A stretch of 64,000 nucleotides of DNA, taken from positions 2,656,001 through 2,720,000 of the forward strand of contig OZ241329.1 of NCBI GenBank assembly GCA_965199825.1. The letters are read 5' to 3'. This DNA is from Bdellovibrionales bacterium. Its GTDB lineage: Bacteria; Bdellovibrionota; Bdellovibrionia; Bdellovibrionales; UBA1609. A model generated the notes under the pieces. That model worked only from the letters and a program-made list of their open reading frames with translations. It ran no database searches and was not told the origin of the DNA. Below, in pieces: positions 18,570 through 28,535 of this stretch. The position numbers and the translations under genes are program-made. Numbering within the stretch: position 1 is the stretch's first letter; each line of letters opens with the position of its first letter.

Positions 18570-19892
18570 TTAGAGCTTTGTAGCAGCTTCCAATGATTCC
18601 AACATATAATTCATTTTTATTTCGTCGAGGCCCGGATGAACACCAATCCAAAAAAACAAATTCATAATTTTATCGGTGGCGGTAAGCTCTTCGTGCACAC
18701 GGAAGTCTAACTTTTTGTACGCCGGTTGCTTGGTGAGATTTCCGCCGAACAATAATCGGGTGCCAATTTTTCTATCGTTTTCTAAAAATTGCACCACTTG
18801 GTTTCGCTCTAATCCATTTTCACAATAAAGCCCAAATCCAAACCAACTCGGATTGGTCTCATCGGTAGCGCTCACTGTTCTATAGAATTTTTTGAGTATG
18901 GGAGAAGCTTCGAGTCCGGATTTTAAAAATTTATAATTTTTTCGACGTGCAGAAATAAACTGATCCGCCTTTGTTAGCTGACTGATTCCAAGTGCGGCCT
19001 GGATATCAGTGGCTTTTAAATTGTAACCGACGTTTGAGTAAGTGTATTTGTGGTCATAACCAAAGGGCATATCGCCAAGCTGCCACTCAAATCTTTTTTG
19101 GCAGGTATTGTCTTTTCCTGAATCACACCAGCAATCTCTGCCCCAGTCTCTCACGCTTTCTGCAACTTTTCTCAATCGCGCATTAGCACTCATCACAGCT
19201 CCACCCTCACCGGTTGTGATATGATGGGCAGGATAAAAACTGCAGGTTGCATATTCACCAAAAGATCCGACCCGTCGATTTGCGATCTCTGCGCCTAAGG
19301 CATCACAGCAATCTTCGACCACCAAAAGCTTAGGAAATTCTTTTTTGATCAGATCCACACGATAGGGATTACCCAAAGTGTGGGCCAAAACAAGTGCGCG
19401 TGTTTTTGGAGTGATTGCTTCACGAATGGTCTCAACACTCACATTAAGAGTGGCCTCGTCGACATCTAAAAATACCGGCTTAAGATGATTTTGAAAAATC
19501 GGATTCACTGTAGTCGGAAATCCTGCAGCCGCAGTTAAGACTTCATCACCCGCTTTAAGAATCGGAAAGCCAAGGGCTTCGAGTCCACCTGCACATAAGC
19601 TGCTCACCGCAAGAAGATTTGCACTGCTGCCGCTGTTTACAAAAAGGGCCTTGAGGGATCTACCAAAAAATTGCGGCAAGTTTGTTTCAAATTCTTTGGT
19701 GTAGCGACCCGAGGTAAACCACATATCTAAACTGGCATCTAAAACATGTTTGAGATCTTCAAAATCAACTGTCTTTACAGTGACCGGAATGTATGTCTTT
19801 TTGGCTTCAAATAAGGTTTGACGCTGAGGCTGTTCTGAAAAAAACTGACTTGCGGCTTCGAATATTGGAGAACGATCAGATTGAATTTCCAT
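18570..19892 (-). CDS. rfbH: CDP-4-keto-6-deoxy-D-glucose 3-dehydratase (E1; RfbH/DdhC)
   Basis: 'NSGSSANL', 'EDCCDALG', 'SFYPAHHITTGEGG' (His in place of Lys), 'RDWGRDCWC...DNTC', 'YDHKY'. Confidence 0.92.
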   Translation of the reverse strand: MEIQSDRSPIFEAASQFFSEQPQRQTLFEAKKTYIPVTVKTVDFEDLKHVLDASLDMWFTSGRYTKEFETNLPQFFGRSLKALFVNSGSSANLLAVSSLCAGGLEALGFPILKAGDEVLTAAAGFPTTVNPIFQNHLKPVFLDVDEATLNVSVETIREAITPKTRALVLAHTLGNPYRVDLIKKEFPKLLVVEDCCDALGAEIANRRVGSFGEYATCSFYPAHHITTGEGGAVMSANARLRKVAESVRDWGRDCWCDSGKDNTCQKRFEWQLGDMPFGYDHKYTYSNVGYNLKATDIQAALGISQLTKADQFISARRKNYKFLKSGLEASPILKKFYRTVSATDETNPSWFGFGLYCENGLERNQVVQFLENDRKIGTRLLFGGNLTKQPAYKKLDFRVHEELTATDKIMNLFFWIGVHPGLDEIKMNYMLESLEAATKL

Positions 19893-19942
19893 TCAAATAT
19901 TCAACAAAGGTTTAAGCGAATCGCAAATAGAAAGTGTGAAAG

Positions 19943-20716
19943 ATGAAGTGCGTAATCCTTGCGGGAGGTCTAGGAAGTCGGTTAAGCGAAGAGACCGCAG
20001 TCAAACCAAAGCCTATGGTCGAAATTGGTGGCAAACCGATTCTCTGGCACATCATGAAAATCTACAGCCATCACGGGATCAACGACTTTGTGATCTGCCT
20101 CGGATACAAGGGCTATTATATTAAGGAGTTCTTTGCGAATTACAGTCTTCATTGCTCAGACGTGACTTTTGATTTCTCAAAAAATTCTACGGTGATTCAT
20201 CAATCCTCGTCTGAACCCTGGAAGGTCACGTTGGTGGATACCGGTGATGAAACGATGACCGGAGGTCGAATCAAACGCGTCAAACCCTACATCAAAGATG
20301 AAGACTCTTTTTGTCTCACCTACGGCGATGGATTGTCAGACGTCAACATCACAGATGCCATCGCTTTACATCGAAAATACAACCGACTCGCCACAATCAC
20401 TGCGACTCAACCACCTGGCCGTTTTGGGGCTCTGCAGATCAAAGAGGATCAGGTGGTTCAGTTTGTCGAAAAACCAAGTGGAGATGGTCACTGGATCAAT
20501 GGGGGTTTTTTTGTTCTCTCACCCAAGGTGACCGATTTTATCAAAGACGAACACACGATCTGGGAACAAGAGCCACTGCGCCAGCTCGCAAGCAATGGCG
20601 AATTGTCTGTTTACAAACATCACGGTTTTTGGCAACCCATGGACACTCTACGCGAAAAGTATTTACTCGAAAATCTATGGCAATCCGGATCTGCTCCATG
20701 GAAAACATGGACTTAA
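19943..20716 (+). CDS. rfbF: Glucose-1-phosphate cytidylyltransferase
   Basis: '[33 protein letters not shown]', 'TMTGGR', '[10 protein letters not shown]', 'APWK'. Confidence 0.97.
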   Translation: MKCVILAGGLGSRLSEETAVKPKPMVEIGGKPILWHIMKIYSHHGINDFVICLGYKGYYIKEFFANYSLHCSDVTFDFSKNSTVIHQSSSEPWKVTLVDTGDETMTGGRIKRVKPYIKDEDSFCLTYGDGLSDVNITDAIALHRKYNRLATITATQPPGRFGALQIKEDQVVQFVEKPSGDGHWINGGFFVLSPKVTDFIKDEHTIWEQEPLRQLASNGELSVYKHHGFWQPMDTLREKYLLENLWQSGSAPWKTWT

Positions 20717-21519
20717 CAAATAAACGGATTTTGATTACGGGAGCCACAAGCTATTTAGCAAAAAAATTTTGGCCCTTTTTTATTCATAGTGATCTTTTAG
20801 AAATTGATCGTGGTGATGTTGAACAAAATACTTTTGAAAAAAAAATGACCTCTTTTGGACCAGAGCTTATTTTTCATTTTGCCACCGTTTATGGACGCGG
20901 TGGCGAAAATGAAAAAGTGATTTCAAAGGTCAATTTTGATTTACCTCAAAAGCTCTTTTTAAATTTAAAAAAAGGAATTTTTGTTAACTGCGACACCAAA
21001 CTCCCACGTGAAGTTTCGACCTATGCTCTCTATAAAAATCTATTTCGAGAGTGGGCAATCGATTTTGCCGATAACCAAAAAAGATTTTTAAATTTAAAAC
21101 TCGAACATTTTTATGGACCCAGAGCCCCCGCTCACAATTTTGTAACTTCGGTTGCAAACAAACTCTCACAACATGAGAATATTCCTTTAACCGAGGGTCT
21201 CCAGCAACGAGATTTTGTTTATATTGATGATTGTGTTGAGGCAATGCATCTGTGTGTTTGTGGCTTTATGAGAGATCAAACGCCGTATCAAGAAATTGAA
21301 GTGGGCAGTGGGCAGGTCACCTCAATCCGAGATCTGGTCTTACTGATGAAGAAAATAAGTGGATCTCAATCTCAACTCAAATTTGGAGCTATCGCCCAAA
21401 GGCCTCATGAGGTGATGTATTCTGCGGCCAACATGCACCATCTTTCTCAATTAGGATTTAAACCCCAGATCAACCTTGAACGCGGCCTCGCACTTTTATT
21501 TGCAAAGGATCAAACTTGA
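20698..21519 (+). CDS. NAD(P)-dependent 4-ketoreductase, CDP-paratose/abequose synthase-like
   Basis: Start reassigned to ATG 20698 or 20707; '[10 protein letters not shown]', 'FHFATVYGR', 'YALYK', 'LEHFYGP', 'QRDFVYIDD'. Confidence 0.7.
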   Translation: MENMDLTNKRILITGATSYLAKKFWPFFIHSDLLEIDRGDVEQNTFEKKMTSFGPELIFHFATVYGRGGENEKVISKVNFDLPQKLFLNLKKGIFVNCDTKLPREVSTYALYKNLFREWAIDFADNQKRFLNLKLEHFYGPRAPAHNFVTSVANKLSQHENIPLTEGLQQRDFVYIDDCVEAMHLCVCGFMRDQTPYQEIEVGSGQVTSIRDLVLLMKKISGSQSQLKFGAIAQRPHEVMYSAANMHHLSQLGFKPQINLERGLALLFAKDQT

Positions 21520-22535
21520 AATTTCTAGTCACGGGCGGTTGTGGATTCTTAGGCAGCAACCTCTCACATGAAGTGATGAAACGAGGACACCGTCTCTTGG
21601 TGGTCGACAATCTTTATCGCACCGGTTCCGAAAGAAATTTAGCCTGGTTAAAAACCATTGGAGATTTTGAATTTCGCCACTGCGATATTCGAAATGCGAA
21701 CGATGTCGACCAGGTCTTTCAGAACTACCGACCTGATGTTGTGTTTCATTGTGCAGGGCAAGTGGCTATGACCACATCAATCGAAAATCCATGTCTCGAT
21801 TTTGAAGTGAATGTGGGCGGAGGATTTCACATTTTAGAAGCCGTTAGAAAATATGTTCCTGAAGCTGCTTTGACATTTTCGAGCACCAATAAAGTTTATG
21901 GTGATTTGATTGATCTAAAGCTTGAAGAATCCACCACTCGTTATATTGCCAACGATTATCCAAAAGGGTTTGCCGAAAACTTTCCTCTCAATTTTTGCTC
22001 ACCTTACGGCTGCTCGAAGGGGGCTGTTGATCAATACATGCTCGATTACGCTCGAATTTTTAATCTCAACACCATCGTCTTTCGGCATTCTTCGATTTAT
22101 GGTGGTAGGCAATATCCCACTTTTGATCAAGGCTGGGTTGGATGGTTTACTCTGAAAGCGATGGCCCAAAAAAAGGGAATCGAAAAATCGTTTACTGTGG
22201 CTGGTAATGGCAAACAGGTTCGAGATCTTTTGTATGTGGATGATATTATCGACTGTTATTTCAGAGCGGTTGACTCTCTTGCGCGCGTCAAGGGGCAGGC
22301 CTTTAACATCGGTGGAGGAGAGCAAAATAGTCTGTCTATTTTAGAATTAATCCATTGGCTCGAACAAAACTTAAGCATCAAACTGCACAAGCAATTTCTT
22401 GAAACTCGAGCCAGCGATCAAAAAGTATTTATTGCCGACAATTCAAAGATGACCGAAGCGACCGGATGGACGCCAAAAATTTCAAATCAACAGGGGTTGT
22501 CACAAATGCTCAATTGGTTAAAGAGTTTGGCATGA
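21516..22535 (+). CDS. rfbE: CDP-paratose 2-epimerase (CDP-tyvelose epimerase)-like
   Basis: 'GGCGFLGSNL', 'AGQVAMTTSIENP', 'SSTNKVYGDL', 'SPYGCSKGA', 'FRHSS', 'DQGWVGWF'. Confidence 0.88.
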   Translation: MKFLVTGGCGFLGSNLSHEVMKRGHRLLVVDNLYRTGSERNLAWLKTIGDFEFRHCDIRNANDVDQVFQNYRPDVVFHCAGQVAMTTSIENPCLDFEVNVGGGFHILEAVRKYVPEAALTFSSTNKVYGDLIDLKLEESTTRYIANDYPKGFAENFPLNFCSPYGCSKGAVDQYMLDYARIFNLNTIVFRHSSIYGGRQYPTFDQGWVGWFTLKAMAQKKGIEKSFTVAGNGKQVRDLLYVDDIIDCYFRAVDSLARVKGQAFNIGGGEQNSLSILELIHWLEQNLSIKLHKQFLETRASDQKVFIADNSKMTEATGWTPKISNQQGLSQMLNWLKSLA

Positions 22536-23593
22536 CTTTTTGGAAACAGAAACGTGTCTTTATAACCGGGCACACCGGATTTAAGGGAAGTTGGCTTTGT
22601 TATTGGCTAGCCCTAAAGGGAGCGGTGGTTGGTGGTTACGCACTGGAGCCTAACACCAATCCAAACCTCTTTGAGCTTTTAAATATTAAAAACTTAATCA
22701 AACAAAATCAGTTTGGTGATATCAACAATCTAGAAAGTTTAAAAAAAAGTATTCATCAATTTAAGCCCGAGATTGTGTTTCACCTTGCAGCACAACCTTT
22801 AGTGAGACTGTCGTACGCTCAACCCCTCGACACATTGAAAACAAATATATTGGGCACCGCACATGTGCTTGAAGCCTTAAGAGATCTGCCAAGTGTTCAG
22901 GCGATTGTTGTGATCACAACAGACAAAGTTTATGAAAATCTCGAATGGGATTGGCCTTATAGAGAAAATGATCATCTTGGAGGCCACGACGTTTACTCAG
23001 CAAGTAAGGCATGTGCAGAAATTGTGACCCAAAGTTATCGTCGTTGCTTTTTTAAAAAGGGCGCAGGCCTTGCGAGCGTTCGAGCAGGCAATGTGATCGG
23101 AGGCGGTGACTGGTCATTAGATCGACTTGTGCCAGATATGATAAGAGCCATTGATGCACGAACTCAGTTTCAACTTCGAAGTCCAGATTCGATTCGTCCG
23201 TGGCAGCATGTGCTCGAGCCTCTTTATGGTTATATGAAAATTGCAGAGCGCTTGTATCTTAAGGATAAAAATGCAGAACAGGCATTTAATCTCGGACCCC
23301 ATGAGGCCGACTGCATCTCGGTAGGCAAAATGGTGCAGATTTTTAAAAAGCATTTTTTGGATCAACTCCAAATTCAACAAATTACATACGCTCAGGCGCC
23401 ACACGAAGCCCAAATCCTAAAACTTGATTGCTCACGTGCAAAAAATGTTTTGGGACTAACTCCCCGCCTAAAGATTGAGGATGCAATCCAAATCACCTCG
23501 ATTTGGTATGACCACTGGATTAAAAAACTGGATCTTACCAAAATCACCCAACAGCAGATTGAAGAGTATGAAAGACTTTATGATAACACCTGA
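22532..23593 (+). CDS. rfbG: CDP-glucose 4,6-dehydratase
   Basis: ATG 22532 overlapping the upstream stop; 'TGHTGFKGSWL', 'HLAAQPLVR', 'RAGNVIGGGDW', 'RPWQHVLEPL'. Confidence 0.97.
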   Translation: MTFWKQKRVFITGHTGFKGSWLCYWLALKGAVVGGYALEPNTNPNLFELLNIKNLIKQNQFGDINNLESLKKSIHQFKPEIVFHLAAQPLVRLSYAQPLDTLKTNILGTAHVLEALRDLPSVQAIVVITTDKVYENLEWDWPYRENDHLGGHDVYSASKACAEIVTQSYRRCFFKKGAGLASVRAGNVIGGGDWSLDRLVPDMIRAIDARTQFQLRSPDSIRPWQHVLEPLYGYMKIAERLYLKDKNAEQAFNLGPHEADCISVGKMVQIFKKHFLDQLQIQQITYAQAPHEAQILKLDCSRAKNVLGLTPRLKIEDAIQITSIWYDHWIKKLDLTKITQQQIEEYERLYDNT

Positions 23594-24368
23594 TCTCTCG
23601 ATTATAATGCCGGCTTATTTAGAAGCCGAAAATTTAACGGGACTGCTGCCGCGACTCAATCAAACTTTGTTTGATCTAAAGATCAATTTTGAAATTCTTG
23701 TGGTCGACACCCAGGAAGCCATGGATCAGACGCCATCGATCTGTAAAAGGTTGAGTGCGCGATACATCAACCGCTTAAATGGCAATACTTATGGGGATGC
23801 GGTTCAGACCGGAATTCAGGATTCGAAAGGCCGCTACGTTGTTTTTATGGATGCCGATGGCTCGCACAGTCCTGAATTTATAAAAAAACTTTGGGAAGCT
23901 CGCAAAAATTTTGATGTGGTGATTGCCTCTCGCTACATCAAGGGCGGCCAAACCGACAATTCTAAAACTCTTGTGTTGATGAGTCGAATGGTCAATTGGG
24001 GCTATGGTTTTGTACTTGGACTTCGTTGTAAAGACATCTCAAACAGCTTTAAACTTTATGATGGTGAAAAGTTGCGAGCCCTTCGTTTGTGTTTCAAAAA
24101 TTTTGATATTGTCGAAGAGATTCTTTACAAACTTATTTTGATCGAACCTAAACTTCGGATTCATGAAATCCCATTTCGATTTGAACAAAGAAATTTTGGC
24201 ACTACAAAACGTCATTTGGTCGCTTTTGTATTTTCTTATGCGGTCTCACTTTTTAAATTAAGATTTATCAGTCTTGAGTCCTCAAAACTCAAAAAAGGCC
24301 AAACACTCCCCAAAAAATTGGGCACGGACCCCCATAAACAGAAATACCCTCAACCAGATAAGCAATAA
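23580..24368 (+). CDS. GT2 polyprenol-phosphate glycosyltransferase (DPM1-like)
   Basis: 'SIIMPAYLEAENL', 'FMDADGSHSP', 'VIASRYIKGG', 'EIPFRFEQR..G.TK'. Confidence 0.85.
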   Translation: MITPDLSIIMPAYLEAENLTGLLPRLNQTLFDLKINFEILVVDTQEAMDQTPSICKRLSARYINRLNGNTYGDAVQTGIQDSKGRYVVFMDADGSHSPEFIKKLWEARKNFDVVIASRYIKGGQTDNSKTLVLMSRMVNWGYGFVLGLRCKDISNSFKLYDGEKLRALRLCFKNFDIVEEILYKLILIEPKLRIHEIPFRFEQRNFGTTKRHLVAFVFSYAVSLFKLRFISLESSKLKKGQTLPKKLGTDPHKQKYPQPDKQ

Positions 24369-25425
24369 GAGCAAATTTCATAGCAAGCTTTCTTTGGCGG
24401 GTCTCGAGTAGGGAGGGCAAACAAAACATGGGCAAAAGAAAAGCGCGATGCCAGCTCTGGGTCTCAGGGGTATTGATGATCATAAAAAACTGCCATATTA
24501 AAACTGGCAAGAGTGGCCACCACTTTTTATGAATCAAATAAAAATAAAGAAGAGCAATCGACGTCAAAAACAAAAGATGTCGCCAAGGGTTTATTAGAAT
24601 CTGGCTGAGGTGGTGTCGATTACTGATCGGATACATCCTCAGCGCCGGATAAAGTAAATAAAACGCATAGGCCGAAATCGAAATCAAAACGAATGCGGGC
24701 AAAATCAACCATGGCTTAGAAAGCTGACGTTTATTAACTATTTTAAATAATACGGGAATTAACAAACCCGACCACCACAACGCCCTAAAATGAAAAAATA
24801 CACCAAGCGACCAAAACAAAATGGCTTCGCCAGTTCGATCCTTTGAAAATTTAAGAAACGCAAAGGCTATAAATAAAATGCCTATGGCATCATAAAATCC
24901 CATTAAAGAGAAATTGAGCAGTTCGGTTACAATCAAAGGTAAAATGATGAAAGTTTGAAGCCGATCTTTTAAATCAATAAATTGCAAGAACACTAAGATT
25001 GCAAGATGAGCAAAAATAATAAATTTGAGAATCGAAATCAGATTCACGTTGGAAAAGCTCAGCAGCCCACCCTGGTGAATCAGGCCTTCGGGTGCGGCAT
25101 ACAAAAAGGCTCCGGGCGGATAGGGTCGCGGGTATTGCGACCAGTTGATCAAACCACTATCACCAAAGTCATTGGGCACAAAGCAAGTGGTCTGAGGATT
25201 ATAATACCAATGATTCGCAAATTTTTTTGTTTGCTCATTCAAAGGTGGGCAAATTTGTGAAGACGGTTTGCGGTAAAGATCAAACCCATTTTGCCAAAAC
25301 AACGTGGAACTTGCCCAATGAGACATATGATCTGTTGAAAAGCCGTTCAGCGCCCGAGTGGGAATCGAAAATTTAAATGCGGCGATGACCGAAAAAAACA
25401 GAATTGAAAGACATGTACCTTTCAT
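24289..25425 (-). CDS. Polytopic membrane protein, putative GT-C glycosyltransferase
   Basis: First loop 'STDH', 'PYPPG' motif, 'GFYD', about ten TM helices. Confidence 0.55.
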   Translation of the reverse strand: MKGTCLSILFFSVIAAFKFSIPTRALNGFSTDHMSHWASSTLFWQNGFDLYRKPSSQICPPLNEQTKKFANHWYYNPQTTCFVPNDFGDSGLINWSQYPRPYPPGAFLYAAPEGLIHQGGLLSFSNVNLISILKFIIFAHLAILVFLQFIDLKDRLQTFIILPLIVTELLNFSLMGFYDAIGILFIAFAFLKFSKDRTGEAILFWSLGVFFHFRALWWSGLLIPVLFKIVNKRQLSKPWLILPAFVLISISAYAFYLLYPALRMYPISNRHHLSQILINPWRHLLFLTSIALLYFYLIHKKWWPLLPVLIWQFFMIINTPETQSWHRAFLLPMFCLPSLLETRQRKLAMKFALIAYLVEGISVYGGPCPIFWGVFGLF

Positions 25426-25688
25426 AAATTAAAATGCACCTTTAGAAAAGCAACTCCACTTGCGCCACAGAGTATAAGGACCCAAAATGTTAATTTTAAA
25501 TTGATAAAGGTATCGAAATCACTTTTTCGAAAAATTCTTAGAATAAGAATTAGAAATGCAGCACCCACAATTTCTATTGGAGTGTTGTTGACACCCACCA
25601 CGTCATCAAGCCCGCAAGCCCAAGACAAAATGATTGTGGCCATTAGGGAATACGGCACCAGATATCCAAGTCCTGTCCAAGTCATCAT
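25422..25688 (-). CDS. Small hypothetical membrane protein (~88 aa, 3 TM)
   Basis: ATG 1 nt after the upstream stop; its stop overlaps the next ATG; three hydrophobic segments. Confidence 0.55.
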   Translation of the reverse strand: MMTWTGLGYLVPYSLMATIILSWACGLDDVVGVNNTPIEIVGAAFLILILRIFRKSDFDTFINLKLTFWVLILCGASGVAFLKVHFNL

Positions 25689-25689
25689 A

Positions 25690-27117
25690 TTAGATTTTTC
25701 CGTGACAGTCGTACACAACCCATGACTTCACTTTGAAACGATTCAACTTTGTTATCAATTCAGGATTTTTTATTCCAAAGGGCAGATTGTTCCAAACCTC
25801 ATCACAGTGTTCGGGTGTTGCTTGACCTCGAGCCTCAGCAACCAAATATATTTTGTTTTCTTGACTGATTACCTGTGGAAGATCATCGATTGAATTCAAA
25901 CTTTTTACCTGAGTGGTCGTTTTGGTATAAAACCAAGGCCGTAAGCCCGAGGGAAAAAAGGGATCCTCACCCAACACCACATATTTAAAATTTTGTGAGG
26001 TTTCATATGCAAATTGATAGAGTGCGAGCTGTCGCTTAGCGGGCGAGACACTCAAATTGAGTAATGTAACAAAATTGATGAAGAGGGCCACTTTTACCGC
26101 CCACCCTTTACTTAAATAGTGTTGGAGGGGGGTAAATTGGTTGAGCACATAAATGCTGACTAACGGAGCAATCGTAAAAATAGGAATCAAATATCTGATT
26201 TCCTTATGACCAACCAAAATATGGAAAATCAAAAACGGCAGACTCACCCAGGTGATGAGATGATCTTTTTTAATCCAAAACCCAACAAGTGTGAGCACCA
26301 ACAAAACTGAACTCAATGGGGGTAAAATCAATGCGGTACTTCTAAAATAATCCCACCACGGATCAACCCCACCGTTCACCAAGGCCCCATCAATAAAATT
26401 GACCCTAAAATAATCCCAAAGAGTAAAGGTCCACTGGCCATAGCCCCAGGAATCAATAAGAAACCCAAGAGCTTTTGCGATCAACAATCCAACCGCAATG
26501 ATCAAGGATTGGGGCACATTCACCTTGCGATAATAAATCGCCCAACACCCAAACCCTAAAATCATAAATGCCATTTGAAATCGACTCTCAAAAGAGAGTC
26601 CTAAAAGTAGTCCGGTAAACAAGCAGGCCCATTTTGCTTTGGGCGAATCTTCAATTTTTAAAATAAATAAGCCAAGTGCCCAGATGAAAAATGAAATTCC
26701 AAAGTTTTCAGATGAGGTGCGCACATGACTAAAAGGTAAAAACCAAAGCAAAAACAAAATAACAAAACTCAGCTTTTGGTCTTGGTCGGTTTTGAACCAT
26801 TTTTTGGTGGCAATAAAAAAATACCCTGCGGTTAAAAAAGCAAAGGTCGCATTCACCAATCGAAACAGAAAGCTGGCAACAAATGGATTTTTAAGCTGCA
26901 AGATTTTGATAATCGAATAATAGACCGCGGGTTGGAAAAAGGAACGCGCTCTTTCTTGAAATTCCCAAGGCAAATCCGATCCATTGATCTGACCTAGTTT
27001 AAGATTGGCAAATTCGACAACTTGAAAATGCTCATCAAAATTAAAAAATCCCACACTATAAATAACCGCGAGAAAATGAAACAAAATGGATAGACCCAAC
27101 ATTTGTTTGAGTGTCAT
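25690..27117 (-). CDS. GT22 (Alg9/PIG-B-like) GT-C glycosyltransferase
   Basis: 'FDEHFQVVEFA...PWEF...RSF' first-loop motif, 'RFQ', 'DSWGYG', 'PWWDY', 'HKEIRYL'. Confidence 0.75.
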   Translation of the reverse strand: MTLKQMLGLSILFHFLAVIYSVGFFNFDEHFQVVEFANLKLGQINGSDLPWEFQERARSFFQPAVYYSIIKILQLKNPFVASFLFRLVNATFAFLTAGYFFIATKKWFKTDQDQKLSFVILFLLWFLPFSHVRTSSENFGISFFIWALGLFILKIEDSPKAKWACLFTGLLLGLSFESRFQMAFMILGFGCWAIYYRKVNVPQSLIIAVGLLIAKALGFLIDSWGYGQWTFTLWDYFRVNFIDGALVNGGVDPWWDYFRSTALILPPLSSVLLVLTLVGFWIKKDHLITWVSLPFLIFHILVGHKEIRYLIPIFTIAPLVSIYVLNQFTPLQHYLSKGWAVKVALFINFVTLLNLSVSPAKRQLALYQFAYETSQNFKYVVLGEDPFFPSGLRPWFYTKTTTQVKSLNSIDDLPQVISQENKIYLVAEARGQATPEHCDEVWNNLPFGIKNPELITKLNRFKVKSWVVYDCHGKI

Positions 27118-28535
27118 CGAGTAAACCTCTGTTTTTCTAAAAAGCTAGGGCGGTAATTGAGTTGATCATCTGGGCACAGATTTTTTTGTGTGACCAATGC
27201 ATAGGTCTCATTCCAAAAACATAATTTCAATTCTTGAGGCAGAGTGAGTTTTTTAAATTCTTCCATCGGCCAAAGACCGATGGCCTCTTTATCTTTTGAC
27301 TGCAGATTTTCTATAATTTCTAAAGAATTGGCGATCAGCGGAGTTCGGTCCCAGTACCACGGAATATCCGAGGCCAGATCTTCCCACGTCCACTGCTGTT
27401 TAAGATCTCCAAAAAAATAAACTTTTTTATTGTCATGCAAAAATTCAAGAGAGTGTTGAAAGGCCCTAAAAGGATGAGAAATTCCGGAATGAACTTTGAT
27501 TGGCAAGATCTCAACAATCACAAAGGCACTCAACGCAAACCTAAAAAGCCTTTGAGCAAAAACTTTTGCGGTGATTCTTATCAATGGTCTTACCAATATT
27601 CCAAAACCCATCGCCAACCACGGCAAAACGGGCAAAACATATTGCCCATGATGACGTTCGCTAAATCCATATATAAGAGAATGAAAAAGCACCTGGGCCA
27701 AAATCAAATAGCCTAACGAATTTTTATGTTTCGCTAATTTAAAAGCTTGATAAAGACCCGTGACCGCCACCACATGTCCAAATCGCAAGATCGCTAACGG
27801 ATACCAAAAAACATTTTTGTTTTTTTCTAAATCATTTTGCTCAACCAATTGGCGATGAAGATATTCTTTCCAAAACAAAAACCCCTCGGCCTGATAGTGG
27901 GCCAAGGTAAAAATCCCAAGTGGGAGGAGCGAGCCCAAAATAAAATTTAGGCTTTTTTTGGGATTGATATAAATTGCCCAAAGTCCAATGGGCAACACAC
28001 CCAGCGCGCCCACCCCTTTAGCAAGGACCGCACAGCTAAGCGCAAGGCCGCCTAAAAAAAATAAGTTTTCAACGATCAGCCAAAATCCAAGTAGCGAGAG
28101 GGCAACCATTGGCATATCGAGCCAACCACTGCTCATAAAATTCATAAAATCATTAAGAATAAAAAGTCCAAAGCAACAAACAACAGCGGTCAACTCGTCG
28201 TAGAGTTTTCGCATCGAAAAAAAGACACTTGTAAAAACAAGTAGGCCCGAAAAGGTGGCGATCAACCGAACAGTCTGGGCCGAAATGCCAAAAATTTTAA
28301 AAACCAGAGCATCCAGCCACAACACCAAATAAGGATGTTCAACAAAGGGATCAAAAATGCCGGGGCCTAACCGTGGATGAAAAAGATTTTGACCACTTAA
28401 AAAACTTTTGGCCAAGGCGCCGTAGGTCGCCGAGCTAAATCCAAGCCCCGGCTCCCAAAACTTTAAAAATGCGGCTAAAAATACCGATCCAAAAATATAA
28501 AGGTAAGTTTTATTGAGGTCCTTCCAGTGGATCAT
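27114..28535 (-). CDS. ArnT/PMT-like (GT83/GT39) GT-C glycosyltransferase
   Basis: '[11 protein letters not shown]', 'WLDMPM', 'LAKG', '[10 protein letters not shown]', many TM helices, C-terminal soluble domain. Confidence 0.75.
   Translation of the reverse strand: MIHWKDLNKTYLYIFGSVFLAAFLKFWEPGLGFSSATYGALAKSFLSGQNLFHPRLGPGIFDPFVEHPYLVLWLDALVFKIFGISAQTVRLIATFSGLLVFTSVFFSMRKLYDELTAVVCCFGLFILNDFMNFMSSGWLDMPMVALSLLGFWLIVENLFFLGGLALSCAVLAKGVGALGVLPIGLWAIYINPKKSLNFILGSLLPLGIFTLAHYQAEGFLFWKEYLHRQLVEQNDLEKNKNVFWYPLAILRFGHVVAVTGLYQAFKLAKHKNSLGYLILAQVLFHSLIYGFSERHHGQYVLPVLPWLAMGFGILVRPLIRITAKVFAQRLFRFALSAFVIVEILPIKVHSGISHPFRAFQHSLEFLHDNKKVYFFGDLKQQWTWEDLASDIPWYWDRTPLIANSLEIIENLQSKDKEAIGLWPMEEFKKLTLPQELKLCFWNETYALVTQKNLCPDDQLNYRPSFLEKQRFTR

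Noticed and set aside
20311..20697. N-terminal 129-aa extension of the reductase ORF
   Set aside because: It lies inside rfbF in another frame; the Rossmann motif begins after ATG 20698/20707.
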